IMG/VR virus record: IMGVR_UViG_3300046804_003463
Span: 13,033 to 77,032 of that record
DNA from: a virus
Direction: 5' to 3' (one strand)
Length of the DNA stretch: 64,000 nt
The notes below the pieces were generated by a model, which saw nothing but the letters and a program-made list of their open reading frames with translations, did not search any database and was not told the origin of the DNA. Below, piece by piece: positions 35,069-45,652 of this stretch. The position numbers and the translations under genes were made by a program. The first letter of the stretch is position 1. Each line of letters begins with the position of its first letter.

Positions 35069-35190
35069 TCAGATTTATTCCCTTTAACAATACCCATTAC
35101 TTTTGCTTGTAAATTTTTTGCAAACTGTGGTTGTGGAAAATTCCAACCAATAAATGCACCCAATAACAACCAGAAAAGTGTTTCTAACAT
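35065..35190 (-). CDS. Small membrane protein (41 aa)
   Basis: Manually read [28 protein letters not shown]... with SD AGGAG. Confidence 0.6.
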   Translation of the reverse strand: MLETLFWLLLGAFIGWNFPQPQFAKNLQAKVMGIVKGNKSE

Positions 35191-35200
35191 ATGAGTCTCC

Positions 35201-35473
35201 TTATCCTCTTGTGAGTGTCAGTATTTTTTGCATTTGTTTCTCAATGATAGGACCACGATTAGGCCAATGAATGTATGGCTGACTTGCGGTCTTGTATAGA
35301 TTCGTCAGAAATGGCATGATAATCTTTTCCACTTGTTGAAGTCTTGCTTTATACTCTTCAACGGTTTCATCTTTCTCAGCAATGACTGCTTGGTACTCAA
35401 CTTCATCTACTGTGCTGAAGCCAAAATCATCATCTGCATACTCTGCTAAAATTTTATTGATATCGTATTCCAT
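35201..35473 (-). CDS. Conserved phage hypothetical protein
   Basis: DFGFS...PFLTNL...YIHWPNR pattern. Confidence 0.7.
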   Translation of the reverse strand: MEYDINKILAEYADDDFGFSTVDEVEYQAVIAEKDETVEEYKARLQQVEKIIMPFLTNLYKTASQPYIHWPNRGPIIEKQMQKILTLTRG

Positions 35474-36696
35474 TACTTGTCCCATGCTTTCTGTGCGTTA
35501 AAGTTTTGTCTGCTGAACTCTAGTCTGTCTACTAGTTTCAATGCTTTACCAACATGATCTACAGCAACAAAACCCTCTGGTGCTGTGATACGAAAACCAT
35601 CATCAGTGCGAACAAATGTACCAATGCTCTTGATAGTTTCCAACTTACGAATAATCATCAACTTGGCATCAACAATCAAATTCATCAAGTCAAATATTGA
35701 TTTTAGTTGAATGGCATTTGAACGATAGAAACGCATCACTTCATTCTTTTCTTTGATACGTTTTTGTTTTGTATCTTCTTTCTTTGCTGCAAGAATTTCT
35801 TTGTTCAATTTTGCTTCAACATAATTCATCAATTCTTGTGTATGAATTCTTGTGTCTGCAATCTTTTTACCTTCACGAACTTTTGTATTGTTGAATGTTT
35901 TGATTTGTGTAAGAAAAACATCCGATGCAGCAATACGATTCAATGTCAATGCGGGTATTGAATTGAAAACTCTGCCTGCATTTGAAAGAATAGATGTAAT
36001 TGCTGCCGTTTCTTCTTCAGTAAATGTAACTGAACCTGACGCATCAGTAAACGAAGCATCACGAAACCAAACATCTTTTGTTGGCTTCAAATGTCCAATG
36101 TCAATGTTGTATGATGCTTTCATTGTCTCTAATGTTTTACCAGAGTATGATGTATGAAACACAACACCAATCTGTGCAGCCATCATTGTCTGTGCTAACT
36201 TTGATTTTGTTGGCACAGCATATACGATTGTGTTTGGTTGAAATATAATGTATTCTTCACCATCAATAGTTTCTTTTTTGATGTCGCCCTTACTGAACAT
36301 CATATCACCTTGCAGTACACCTTTGATACCCAATTTAGGTAAGAATGCAAGTGCAAGTTTTAGTTTCTGATTCAGTCCACCACCAGGATGATTTGCATCA
36401 ATATCTTCATCAGTATAATTCAATTTTGCATTTTTTGCAAACACTGATTTAGTGCCAACGAAAAAATTACCGTTCTCTGGATTTGTACCAGCAAAGATAG
36501 CAGGTGCGCCATCCCATTTTGTGGTTACATTTATTTTTGAACCTGTATGACCGGCAAGCATATTACGCAATGAACGAAGAAAATCTATTGCTTCACGTGC
36601 GCCTGATACACCACCGTTTAGTACGTTGTCTTCAAGATGCTCAAGATGAACATTCTTGCCTTCTTTACTTTCTTTGAGATATTCCATGAATTTCAT
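35473..36696 (-). CDS. DUF6267-like protein with ligase-type KxDG motif and CTS-like N-terminus
   Basis: MKFMEYLKE; HLEHLED; TKWDG; QGD; PEGFV; LKLVDR. Confidence 0.7.
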   Translation of the reverse strand: MKFMEYLKESKEGKNVHLEHLEDNVLNGGVSGAREAIDFLRSLRNMLAGHTGSKINVTTKWDGAPAIFAGTNPENGNFFVGTKSVFAKNAKLNYTDEDIDANHPGGGLNQKLKLALAFLPKLGIKGVLQGDMMFSKGDIKKETIDGEEYIIFQPNTIVYAVPTKSKLAQTMMAAQIGVVFHTSYSGKTLETMKASYNIDIGHLKPTKDVWFRDASFTDASGSVTFTEEETAAITSILSNAGRVFNSIPALTLNRIAASDVFLTQIKTFNNTKVREGKKIADTRIHTQELMNYVEAKLNKEILAAKKEDTKQKRIKEKNEVMRFYRSNAIQLKSIFDLMNLIVDAKLMIIRKLETIKSIGTFVRTDDGFRITAPEGFVAVDHVGKALKLVDRLEFSRQNFNAQKAWDK

Positions 36697-37421
36697 TTTG
36701 ACATACTTAGAAATGGGTTTTCTTTTTTTGTTCCTGGTGCCACAGAAAATTTACTATTAGGCATTTTTTTGATTTTTATTTCCGCTTGTACTTCATAAAA
36801 TTCTGAACGGGTAGCAACACGAACTTTGAAATCACCTGATCCACTCAAAACTGGAATGCCTTTTATTTTGAGTGGATTCTTTTTTGATATCATATAAAAA
36901 TCATCACCTGCCTGCATGTAGTAAGCCGGCTCCGCTTTACCAATTGTATAGTGTTCTGTTACGACATCACCAAGATTATAATTTTCTTCATTAGCAATAT
37001 AACGATTGACACTTGGTTGATCAAAAAATGCTTTCATTACACTCAAAGGCACTGCACCTTCCTCTTTGAGTCCACTTTTTGTAGTTGGTATCTTGATTAC
37101 TTTTTCGGGTATGCCAGAAAACTTTGCAATATCCTTGATAAACTTTTTGGCTTGTGCAGACTTATTCAAAATATCTACGGTGTGTTTGGCAGCAGGAGTT
37201 TTATAAGTCGTATGCCACTTACCTTTCTCATAATAAACACGTGGATTGGAAAGATTATCTGTGTGAGACATTTTTACCTCTATCCACACTTTCATGCGAT
37301 TGTACTCCATCAATACATCAGAATACTCTGTGCTAACTTTCGGCCTTTTTGCTGTAACTCCAGGAATCTTATTGATATTTTTGGCGACATCATTTTCAAA
37401 TTTGTCGGAGGCTGCACTCAT
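36693..37421 (-). CDS. PD-(D/E)xK nuclease-like protein
   Basis: FE...SD...IEVK pattern. Confidence 0.6.
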   Translation of the reverse strand: MSAASDKFENDVAKNINKIPGVTAKRPKVSTEYSDVLMEYNRMKVWIEVKMSHTDNLSNPRVYYEKGKWHTTYKTPAAKHTVDILNKSAQAKKFIKDIAKFSGIPEKVIKIPTTKSGLKEEGAVPLSVMKAFFDQPSVNRYIANEENYNLGDVVTEHYTIGKAEPAYYMQAGDDFYMISKKNPLKIKGIPVLSGSGDFKVRVATRSEFYEVQAEIKIKKMPNSKFSVAPGTKKENPFLSMSK

Positions 37422-37448
37422 TAAACATCCTTTCAGTTGTTATTAGAG

Positions 37449-37456
37449 TATTTATA
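37449..37456 (-). promoter_or_regulatory. T4 late promoter consensus TATAAATA
   Basis: Exact match at the end of gp41, upstream of the nuclease and DUF6267-like genes; gp55 is in the window. Confidence 0.65.
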
Positions 37457-38858
37457 CCTTGAAGCCTCCGAACTTATTCTTCATTCCTGACTGTCTTTCA
37501 CGGTCACCGAAACTATTCAGAGGTTTGTCATCAACTTGACCAGAATCAACAAGGTCTTCTTGTGCTGACTGTTCTACATCATACAGTTTCATTTTGGCTC
37601 TGTCAATACCAATAACAAACCTTTTGAAATAACCAGGATCATTGTAACGATTCTTTAGTTGCTTAATTAATATCTGATTCAATTGTTGCAACTCTTCGGT
37701 ACTTATCAAAGCGAACATAAAGTCAGCGGTCGCTGGTAGGCCAAAGGACTCTGAAGTGTCCTCAAGACCAGGATCGCTGGAGGTGAAGCCAGAACGAGTT
37801 GTCTGCGTAGCCGATACTATTGGAACATCAAACTCAACCGCTAGACCTCTAAGCTCTTCCGCAATAGCCTTAACATAAGAATAACTATTTACATTAGCAC
37901 CAGGTTTGATTCTGGCACTTGCACAAATGTTAAGATAGTCAATGAAGATGATGTCAGGTTTGAAACTTTTCTTTAGTTGCAATTCATTTAACAAAGCACG
38001 GAAGTGCAATGCTGATGCTGCTGCTGTTGGATACTCTTTGATGATAAGTTTGCCTTGTGTCTTGACTTTGAGTGCAGAAAACTTACGATCATAATCTTGC
38101 TTTGAAATAGAATTTAAGTCTGCAATATCAATATTCAATAGATTCGCATCAATACGTTCAGCAATTCTTTCTTCGGCCATTTCCATTGTGATATACAACA
38201 CATTCAGGCCTTGTGATAAACATGAACCAGCCACATGACACATGAACAATGATTTACCAACGCCTGTGCCAGCAAGTGCAATGTTCAGTGTTTTCTTTGG
38301 CAGACCACCTTTGGTAATTTTATTGAACAAATCAAGGTCAAATGGTATTTTTGTTTCATGACGATGATAGAACTCAAAACGGTTGTCGGAATCATCAATA
38401 TAGTCGTGACCAACGGACCTGTCAAATGATACACCAAGTGCATCACTTAACAACTTTGGTATCATGCCTTTATCTTCTTTGTTAGCCTTATCATCAAGAA
38501 TATTAACAGACTTCATGATGGCATTGTAGATTGCTTTATCTTGACAAAACTTCTCTGTTTGTTTGATTAGCCATTCTGTATCTGTTGGGTCATCTTTATC
38601 TGCATTTATTTCACGAATCATCTCAACTGATTTTCTGACCTGATCTTCAGTTAGTTTGCGTGATTCAGTGAAATTAATTACAAGAGATTCGTAGGTAGGA
38701 AGATGTTTAAATTGGTGAATGTGTTCATCAATTTCGTTGAACACAATTTTTTCGGTGCTGTCAGTGAAGTATTCTGTTTTTATGAAAGGTAAAATCTTTC
38801 TTGCATAATCTTCATTGTAAATTAAGTTCTTCAGTATCGTAGTTTCTAGTCTTTTCAT
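37452..38858 (-). CDS. gp41: Replicative helicase, T4 gp41-like
   Basis: AGTGVGKS, IDYLNI, SATQTTR, SESFGLPATAD and QLKNRY motifs. Confidence 0.96.
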   Translation of the reverse strand: MKRLETTILKNLIYNEDYARKILPFIKTEYFTDSTEKIVFNEIDEHIHQFKHLPTYESLVINFTESRKLTEDQVRKSVEMIREINADKDDPTDTEWLIKQTEKFCQDKAIYNAIMKSVNILDDKANKEDKGMIPKLLSDALGVSFDRSVGHDYIDDSDNRFEFYHRHETKIPFDLDLFNKITKGGLPKKTLNIALAGTGVGKSLFMCHVAGSCLSQGLNVLYITMEMAEERIAERIDANLLNIDIADLNSISKQDYDRKFSALKVKTQGKLIIKEYPTAAASALHFRALLNELQLKKSFKPDIIFIDYLNICASARIKPGANVNSYSYVKAIAEELRGLAVEFDVPIVSATQTTRSGFTSSDPGLEDTSESFGLPATADFMFALISTEELQQLNQILIKQLKNRYNDPGYFKRFVIGIDRAKMKLYDVEQSAQEDLVDSGQVDDKPLNSFGDRERQSGMKNKFGGFKV

Positions 38859-39183
38859 TCGGTTTTTCCAAAAGTATTTCTGTGAGTATATCACCAATCA
38901 TTGTAACAAACTCTTCATCATTTTGCAAGTCATTCATATCAAATGATGAGGAGTTGATGATTGTGTAATCAAACGAAAGTCGGGCAAAGTCGCCTTCTTC
39001 TACAATCTTTGCTTTGCCATATTGATAAACAACACCAGCATACTTACCTTTGAGTATGCCGATGTTTGTTATGACATCATCTTCTTCAGATGATAGAAAA
39101 TGGAAGTCTTCGTCAATCTGATACTTCGGCTTCTTCTTCCAAGGATACAGTTTCGCCCATAATGCTACTATAAGTGATTTCAT
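38812..39183 (-). CDS. Hypothetical protein at the T4 gene 40 position
   Basis: Lies between uvsX and gp41. Confidence 0.55.
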   Translation of the reverse strand: MKSLIVALWAKLYPWKKKPKYQIDEDFHFLSSEEDDVITNIGILKGKYAGVVYQYGKAKIVEEGDFARLSFDYTIINSSSFDMNDLQNDEEFVTMIGDILTEILLEKPNEKTRNYDTEELNLQ

Positions 39184-40174
39184 ATTTCTTCCTTACAAAC
39201 TCCTTGAACCTTTCATCAGCAAGAATATCCTTCCAAAATTCTTCTGTTTGTGTTTCTGCAAATCTCTTTTTGTCTAACACTTCACCAGTTTCTTGGTCAA
39301 CTTTGGCATACCAGCCATTACTTGGCTTCACAACGAAATTACCTTCGATAGCGATATCCAATAAGCCAGACCACTTGTTAATACCACCATCAAAAGATAC
39401 AGTAACAGGTATTTTAGATTTTTCACGGACATATCTACTTTTCTCTACGTTGATGATGAAGTTGTAGCCAACGATTTCTGAACCATCTTTGTCTTGTTGA
39501 CGACCAAGAATCCAAATTGTATCGGCTGAGTAATAAGAGCCTGTGCCACCACCAACGATGTCTTTCGGAAACATACCAATCTCTTTGTATGTGTGATTAA
39601 CAACGACCATTGGTATATCTTTGATCGTTAGATGTGGTGTGACCATACGAAACAAAGACTTCATCTGCTTTGCTCGGCTCATGTCAGCAACAGATTTACC
39701 TTCAATTGAATCTTCAACTTCTTTCTTTGATGCCAAATTACCAATTGAATCTAACACAATAATTACTTTGTCAGTCTTCTCAATGTTTTGTAGTTGATTC
39801 ATGATGTCATGTTTCAACTGTTCAACATCAGTAATTGGTGTGTGCAACACACGTTCAGTATCTATACCAAAGGCATCAAAGTAACTTTGTGGTGTGCCAA
39901 ATTCTGAATCATAAAATAATACAACGGCATCATCATATTTGTTCATGTAAGATTTTGCCATGAGTAAAGCAAATGCCGTCTTGAAGTGTTTTGATGGACC
40001 GGCAAACATCGTAAGACCAGGTGTCAAGCCACCATCTAAATCACCCGAAAGTGCCACATTGACAATAGGCACATCAGTTTGAATCATGTCTTTTTCCGTA
40101 AAGAACTTTGATTTAGAAAGCACCGATGTCTCTTTGATCGTTGATGATTTCTTTAGTTTGTCAAGTACGCTCAT
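39113..40174 (-). CDS. uvsX: RecA-like recombinase
   Basis: GPSKHFKT, YDSEFG, DSIGNLAS motifs. Confidence 0.96.
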   Translation of the reverse strand: MSVLDKLKKSSTIKETSVLSKSKFFTEKDMIQTDVPIVNVALSGDLDGGLTPGLTMFAGPSKHFKTAFALLMAKSYMNKYDDAVVLFYDSEFGTPQSYFDAFGIDTERVLHTPITDVEQLKHDIMNQLQNIEKTDKVIIVLDSIGNLASKKEVEDSIEGKSVADMSRAKQMKSLFRMVTPHLTIKDIPMVVVNHTYKEIGMFPKDIVGGGTGSYYSADTIWILGRQQDKDGSEIVGYNFIINVEKSRYVREKSKIPVTVSFDGGINKWSGLLDIAIEGNFVVKPSNGWYAKVDQETGEVLDKKRFAETQTEEFWKDILADERFKEFVRKKYEITYSSIMGETVSLEEEAEVSD

Positions 40175-41072
40175 TCATATCTCCAATGTCTGCAATTTTA
40201 TCTTTTGGTATCACCGTATGTTTATCATCTACAAAGAATGATTCTAATGTACGTGATGGTGTGCTGTCAAGTTTTTTCTTCTTTACAACCTTTTTGATTG
40301 GCTCTATTTCACCTTTATCTTCTCTGATTCTACGATATGTTTGATTTGCCGCTATCAATAATAGCACAGCAAGTGGGTCAAACACAATGATAATGACAAA
40401 GATAACTAGGCGAACTGCTTTGTCAATCAAGTCCCTATCTTGTGTGCCATAAACTACTTCGGCAACATATTTTATAGGCCCCAAATCCGATTCAGCCTTT
40501 TTAACTTCCAAGGATAAAGGGAGCTTTTCCTCTGTGAGTGTCTGTATCTCTTTTTGAAGCCTCTTAGTCTCAGCAATGATTCTCTCACGGTCTTTCTGTT
40601 GGGCTTTGCGGATCTGGTTCGCCCGTTCGGCACCCTTTTCGTCTTTTGACCTGCCCATAACTTGATCGACAGCCTCATCATACTGACTAAGGTTCTTGTT
40701 GTTCCTCTCAATCTGCGATTGAATAACTTTGATCTTTTCATCATAGATTTCTACCTTTGCTGCTTGTGGTGCTATTGTGCTTGAATGTTCAATGTGTGCT
40801 TTTGACAAATAACCAAAAATACCCATTGATGTAATACCCATCAACAACACAACTGCAATGAGAAAATAAAGTTTGAGTGCAGAGAATGTTGTTTTCCAAT
40901 GATTATATACCCACGATACAGTTACCAGTTTTGCTGCTTCAAGCACAGAACCCATGAGAATAATAGGCCAGTATGAACCTGGAAATATCTGTGCAAGTCC
41001 AATCACCGAGTAATATGCAGCAATACCCGATAAGGCAATAGCAGTCAAAAATGGCAGTATTACATGTATCAC
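40161..41072 (-). CDS. Multi-TM coiled-coil membrane protein
   Basis: Three N-terminal TMs, a coiled coil, then GPIKY and FDPLAV. Confidence 0.75.
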   Translation of the reverse strand: MIHVILPFLTAIALSGIAAYYSVIGLAQIFPGSYWPIILMGSVLEAAKLVTVSWVYNHWKTTFSALKLYFLIAVVLLMGITSMGIFGYLSKAHIEHSSTIAPQAAKVEIYDEKIKVIQSQIERNNKNLSQYDEAVDQVMGRSKDEKGAERANQIRKAQQKDRERIIAETKRLQKEIQTLTEEKLPLSLEVKKAESDLGPIKYVAEVVYGTQDRDLIDKAVRLVIFVIIIVFDPLAVLLLIAANQTYRRIREDKGEIEPIKKVVKKKKLDSTPSRTLESFFVDDKHTVIPKDKIADIGDMNERT

Positions 41073-43597
41073 GTGAAGAAACTTTCAAGTGTGTATCGCT
41101 TCTCTGTCTTCCAACCAATACAATCAAGAATCAATTTGATCGGTTCAAGAAAAGTTTTTTCAAACTGTGTTTCATAATCAATATATTCTTGCAGACCAAA
41201 CTCTTTTGGTAGTCTTGTTGGAAAAGAAACAACTGTATCTCTAAACGGGTTTGGTGTTTTAAGATAGGTGAATTTCAACTTTTCACCTTCTTGTATCAAA
41301 GGATACTTAGTCAACAAGTTGTGCTGTTTAAGGAAATGATTATACAGTATTGCACCCTTCACATGTATTGGAGTGCCTTTCTTGTATATTGTAGTAGAAT
41401 CAGCATACTCTTTCAAGCCATTACAACCACGTGGAAAAGAAATATCTTCAACAGGTAACTTACGAAACTCTTCTCTAAAGTCGGCAATGAATTGATGCAC
41501 CGTTTCTTCGTCGGTGTTTACGACCAAATCAACCAGCTTGTACATCTTGGCTCTTACGGCGGTAGGTGTTGATGACTTGACCATCTCAAGACCCATAACT
41601 TTGAGTTTGGGTTTTGCATATTGTACACCTTCGTTATTGTACACATTCAGAATATAACGTTTCTTTGCTGTCCAAATACCTTTGTCGGACAAGCCTTCAC
41701 GTTTCATTTGCATTTTCTGGTCGTATGCGTGAACATATTCAGCAAGACTCTGATAACTTTCATCAATATATGGTTGAATCTTCTCTTCACAGATTTTGTC
41801 CATGAAGGTGATAACTTTCTCAGCCGATGACTTCTGTTTATAGACAGAATCAACCAATGGACCAAGATTGAGATAGATCGAATCTGTATCTGAAGCAATA
41901 ACATAGTCTTTATCAGTTTTTAATAATTTGTTTAGATATTCGTTGAGTTTGTTTTCAATCCAACGAATTGACAATTGACCTGCTTGTGTAACAGCAAGTG
42001 CTTGCCTCAAATCATAGAACCGAAAATACTGTGAACCCATCGCACCATAAGCAGAGTTCAAAGAGACTTTCTTAGCCAACTGTAGATTGTTATATCTTGC
42101 AATTAACTTTTCAATTTCTTTTTTCTTTGCTGCATCTTTTTCATCTTCATAATCTTGTTGCTGCTTCAACATCAACTTCTTGAATTTCTTGCGGTCTTCA
42201 TACATCTCAATCATCATTGCTGGCAGAAAGCCTTGTTTGTCTGTACGAAAGAATTGACCGTTAGGTGTGATAGTTACATTGCTCATCACACTTGTGTCAA
42301 TTTCTCTCTCAAGCAAACTTTCTACTGATGCCTGTGTTGAAAGACGGCGCATGTCATCTGTATAATCTTCTTTCTCAACCAAAGTTTCGGGTGAGATATT
42401 GTATTGCATAATCAAATGCGGATACAGACTGTTCAAGTCAAACGATGCAACCCAATTGTGTAAGCCAATTTGTGGTTCTTTGACATATGCACCTTCAAAT
42501 GCTTCACTCTTCTTTGCAACACGGCGTGGTGGCACAACAATCTTTTTTTCTAGTAGATAGTTGTAGATTAGTGCATCCCACATTCTTGTTTGTGCAAACA
42601 CATCATCATAGTTACACTTTGTGTCATATGCCAGAGTAAGTGCAAGTTCAATTAGTTTTAGTTTGTCTTCTAACTTCAGAATCAGGTGTACATCTTTGAT
42701 GTTATACTCAATAAACTTCTGATGGTCAAGTTTATAAAGTTGATGTAGATTATCATATTCATCATACGATAGTTTGCTTTCACCAAGTTCTACACTTGCA
42801 ATTGTATCAAGACGATAGTTCTCGGCGTTTTTACCACCTGGCGCATACCATTGATACAGTTCAAGATAGTCAAGAACAGAAATGCCAATCAAATCATAAA
42901 CAGTTTGTTCTTTGCCTTTGAACATGGTCTTTCTTTCTGAATAGACTGACCATGGCGACAACTTATTTACTGCATCATCCCCAAATAAACGTTTAAACCG
43001 ATTGACAAGGTAAGGAACATCAAAGAACTTGATATTCCAACCAGTAACAACGTCAGGCCAATTACTTGACCAGTCAGCAATAAACCGTTCACACAGATCG
43101 ATTTCATCTTCACAACGAATGTATGTTTCTTCACCTTTTACCTCATAATCACCACAACCATAAACTGTAGTACCGCCGTTCAATTGATGAATAGCGATTG
43201 CTGTAATAGGCTCAGTGGCCTTGTATGGATCGGGAAATCCATTTTCTGAACCGACCTCAATGTCTATGAATACGACAGAGAGATGAGAAATATCCCAATC
43301 AATAATGCCTCTAAAATTGTCAGCAATGAAGGCGTATTCATAGCGTGTATTGCCGTAGATTTTAAAGTTTGCAATGTCTTCATAACGTTTGACAAAATCA
43401 CGTGCCTCCCGAATGGTATCAAAAGTCATAGGTTCCAATGGCTCATTGAACAATGAACGCCACTGAGATGGTTTGTTAGATTGCACAAACAAAGACGGAG
43501 AGTATTTGACTTTGCTCTTTACTCTCCGCCCATTGTTTACTCCACGAAAAAGAATGTTATTGCCGTGGACACAAACATTTGTATAATATTTTGACAT
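41069..43597 (-). CDS. gp43: Family B DNA polymerase, T4 gp43-like
   Basis: DIEV exonuclease motif, DLNSLYP, KVSLNSAYG, DTDS. Confidence 0.97.
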   Translation of the reverse strand: MSKYYTNVCVHGNNILFRGVNNGRRVKSKVKYSPSLFVQSNKPSQWRSLFNEPLEPMTFDTIREARDFVKRYEDIANFKIYGNTRYEYAFIADNFRGIIDWDISHLSVVFIDIEVGSENGFPDPYKATEPITAIAIHQLNGGTTVYGCGDYEVKGEETYIRCEDEIDLCERFIADWSSNWPDVVTGWNIKFFDVPYLVNRFKRLFGDDAVNKLSPWSVYSERKTMFKGKEQTVYDLIGISVLDYLELYQWYAPGGKNAENYRLDTIASVELGESKLSYDEYDNLHQLYKLDHQKFIEYNIKDVHLILKLEDKLKLIELALTLAYDTKCNYDDVFAQTRMWDALIYNYLLEKKIVVPPRRVAKKSEAFEGAYVKEPQIGLHNWVASFDLNSLYPHLIMQYNISPETLVEKEDYTDDMRRLSTQASVESLLEREIDTSVMSNVTITPNGQFFRTDKQGFLPAMMIEMYEDRKKFKKLMLKQQQDYEDEKDAAKKKEIEKLIARYNNLQLAKKVSLNSAYGAMGSQYFRFYDLRQALAVTQAGQLSIRWIENKLNEYLNKLLKTDKDYVIASDTDSIYLNLGPLVDSVYKQKSSAEKVITFMDKICEEKIQPYIDESYQSLAEYVHAYDQKMQMKREGLSDKGIWTAKKRYILNVYNNEGVQYAKPKLKVMGLEMVKSSTPTAVRAKMYKLVDLVVNTDEETVHQFIADFREEFRKLPVEDISFPRGCNGLKEYADSTTIYKKGTPIHVKGAILYNHFLKQHNLLTKYPLIQEGEKLKFTYLKTPNPFRDTVVSFPTRLPKEFGLQEYIDYETQFEKTFLEPIKLILDCIGWKTEKRYTLESFFT

Positions 43598-43902
43598 TAA
43601 AGTTTAAGACCTGGTGGCGCTATCTCAATGCGACTGAACATTTTTCTGTATTGAGATAGTAAATCGGTCACAGGCGTATTGACTGTTAAAATATCATCAT
43701 ACTTGAATTTGATGCCTTTGTCAAACTCTTCAACATAAGCAAGATATGGTGCAAAACCAACACCACCAGGATCATTTGCAGCACGTGGTGGCACAGCAAT
43801 GACTTGCATAGGATTTTTTACTACAATATCGTCACCTTGTTCAGTGACTTCACCAATAATTGTTTGATGTGTTTTAAATGTAATACAAACTATTTCACTC
43901 AT
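43597..43902 (-). CDS. Conserved hypothetical protein (small beta-rich)
   Basis: 101-aa ORF immediately upstream of gp43. Confidence 0.65.
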   Translation of the reverse strand: MSEIVCITFKTHQTIIGEVTEQGDDIVVKNPMQVIAVPPRAANDPGGVGFAPYLAYVEEFDKGIKFKYDDILTVNTPVTDLLSQYRKMFSRIEIAPPGLKL

Positions 43903-44129
43903 ACTGTTACCTTTGTAGATGGTTCATAAACATCAAGTGTTACCCACTTTTTTGGAAATAACATTTCACGGCCAACAAAGTCGGCAATGTCATATGTTGG
44001 GTCATCAACAAGACCAATTAATTCAACCTTGTCATCAAACTCACGCATTACAAGATCATACTTGTATGCTTTAGGAAGTTTAGTGTTTGTTTCAGCCAGT
44101 TGTTTAGCCACTTTTGTAATATTACTCAT
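43899..44129 (-). CDS. Hypothetical protein
   Basis: 76-aa ORF with overlapping start and stop. Confidence 0.6.
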   Translation of the reverse strand: MSNITKVAKQLAETNTKLPKAYKYDLVMREFDDKVELIGLVDDPTYDIADFVGREMLFPKKWVTLDVYEPSTKVTV

Positions 44130-44132
44130 AAC

Positions 44133-44627
44133 TTACTCCTTACATTGAATAACTTTAACATCACATTTTTTCAAAAATTCAATACCCGATTCACTTCTGT
44201 AGGTTTCTTTGAAATAGACCTCCTTGATTCCTGACTGATATATCATTTTAGCACATTCCAAGCACGGTGCGTGGGTAATAAACATTGTTGCCCCTTCACT
44301 TGAGTTTGTTGACCGAGAAACTTTCGCAAGACAGTTTGATTCGGCATGAAGCACTTCTGGCTTAGAGTGCAATTTTGACCATCCATGTGCAGTTTCAGTA
44401 TAACCATTATGCAACATGAATTTGTCACTTTGCTGACATTCGGATTTTAACACATATTCAAGTTCTTCACAATTGTTGTCCCAACCAGATGGCATACCAT
44501 TGTAACCAATACCAATAATAGTATTGTCTTTGACGATTACACAACCTACCTGTAATCTTTTTGCTGTAGAAAGTTCAGCATAAACACTTGCCGCTTTCAT
44601 ATGGGCTTTTATGTATTTTTCTTTCAT
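44133..44627 (-). CDS. cd: dCMP deaminase
   Basis: GYNG, HAESN and PCLEC motifs. Confidence 0.92.
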   Translation of the reverse strand: MKEKYIKAHMKAASVYAELSTAKRLQVGCVIVKDNTIIGIGYNGMPSGWDNNCEELEYVLKSECQQSDKFMLHNGYTETAHGWSKLHSKPEVLHAESNCLAKVSRSTNSSEGATMFITHAPCLECAKMIYQSGIKEVYFKETYRSESGIEFLKKCDVKVIQCKE

Positions 44628-44679
44628 AATAAGTAAGCACTCACTTGCATACAAGGGCACTACGAAAAAATCATCCTGG

Positions 44680-45495
44680 TTATTCCAGAATGATAAGTGG
44701 TACCCTAGCTACGTTTACGCCGTTAGCGTGTAAAAAGAATGGAAGAAATCTTTCGCCTAAAAATCCTGGATAACGCCAAGGTAAAGGCTCAGATGTTGTC
44801 TGTTGTGTTGGATATACAGCGATTGTATTTTGCCACACGTATTCTAATAATTCGAATAACTCAGATGCGTACTTTCTGAATAATTGTTTACGCATGACAT
44901 AGCATGTCTCAAAACTTGCACCATGCTCATCCCACCACTGCATACTGTCTCTGTAGTCTGGCAATAATTTTTCAATACCCTCTAAAAACAGATTCAGGTA
45001 TTCCGGTGGTTGTGAATGTAAGTATTGTGTACGAACAGAATAAGGCAGTGGCGTAATTGGATTTGTGATTGCATCATGTGTTTCAAGCAGTTTCAGTGCT
45101 GCTGCTTTCTGTTCGTCAGAAGCCATGTAATCAGCACTTTCTTTTGTTGGTGGCATTGCTGCTTTTAGCACATTTCTGTCTAAGTCACCTTTAAAGTCAA
45201 GATAGCGACGATATGTTGTACAACCGATGAAGTCAGCACGTGCGTGTTTCCACAAGTAATATTCAGATGCTTGTTGACCTAACGCACGAAGAAAATCATC
45301 TTCACTGCGTGTGCCATAATAATGACGATACTCATACACACTCTTATGATGAGATGTGTTTATCCAATTACCTGGTCCCGGTGGATGCCAACCATATGGT
45401 GCATGACTACCAGCATACGCAGCCTTCAACCAAGACGATTCGTGATTAAAAGGAAAGTCCTTATGAAAATGACTTACCATTAGTAGATCAGTCAT
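44680..45495 (-). CDS. DUF4422-like putative glycosyltransferase
   Basis: SEYYLWK, IGCTTYRRY, YASELFELL and RYPGFLGER motifs. Confidence 0.7.
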   Translation of the reverse strand: MTDLLMVSHFHKDFPFNHESSWLKAAYAGSHAPYGWHPPGPGNWINTSHHKSVYEYRHYYGTRSEDDFLRALGQQASEYYLWKHARADFIGCTTYRRYLDFKGDLDRNVLKAAMPPTKESADYMASDEQKAAALKLLETHDAITNPITPLPYSVRTQYLHSQPPEYLNLFLEGIEKLLPDYRDSMQWWDEHGASFETCYVMRKQLFRKYASELFELLEYVWQNTIAVYPTQQTTSEPLPWRYPGFLGERFLPFFLHANGVNVARVPLIILE

Positions 45496-45652
45496 CTTGT
45501 GTCTCTTCTTTTCTCTTCTTCTTGAACTCAATACGTGGTGCAATGATTGCTTGAATCATCTCACGTTTGTAGTCAAATTTATGTTCACCTTTAAGACTTG
45601 ACAGTAAAATCTTCAAGTCTTTTTTCATTTTAAAATTTTGATTGGGTTTCAT
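45488..45652 (-). CDS. Small basic hypothetical protein (54 aa)
   Basis: Manually read ORF MKPNQNFKMKKDLKILL... Confidence 0.55.
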   Translation of the reverse strand: MKPNQNFKMKKDLKILLSSLKGEHKFDYKREMIQAIIAPRIEFKKKRKEETQDD

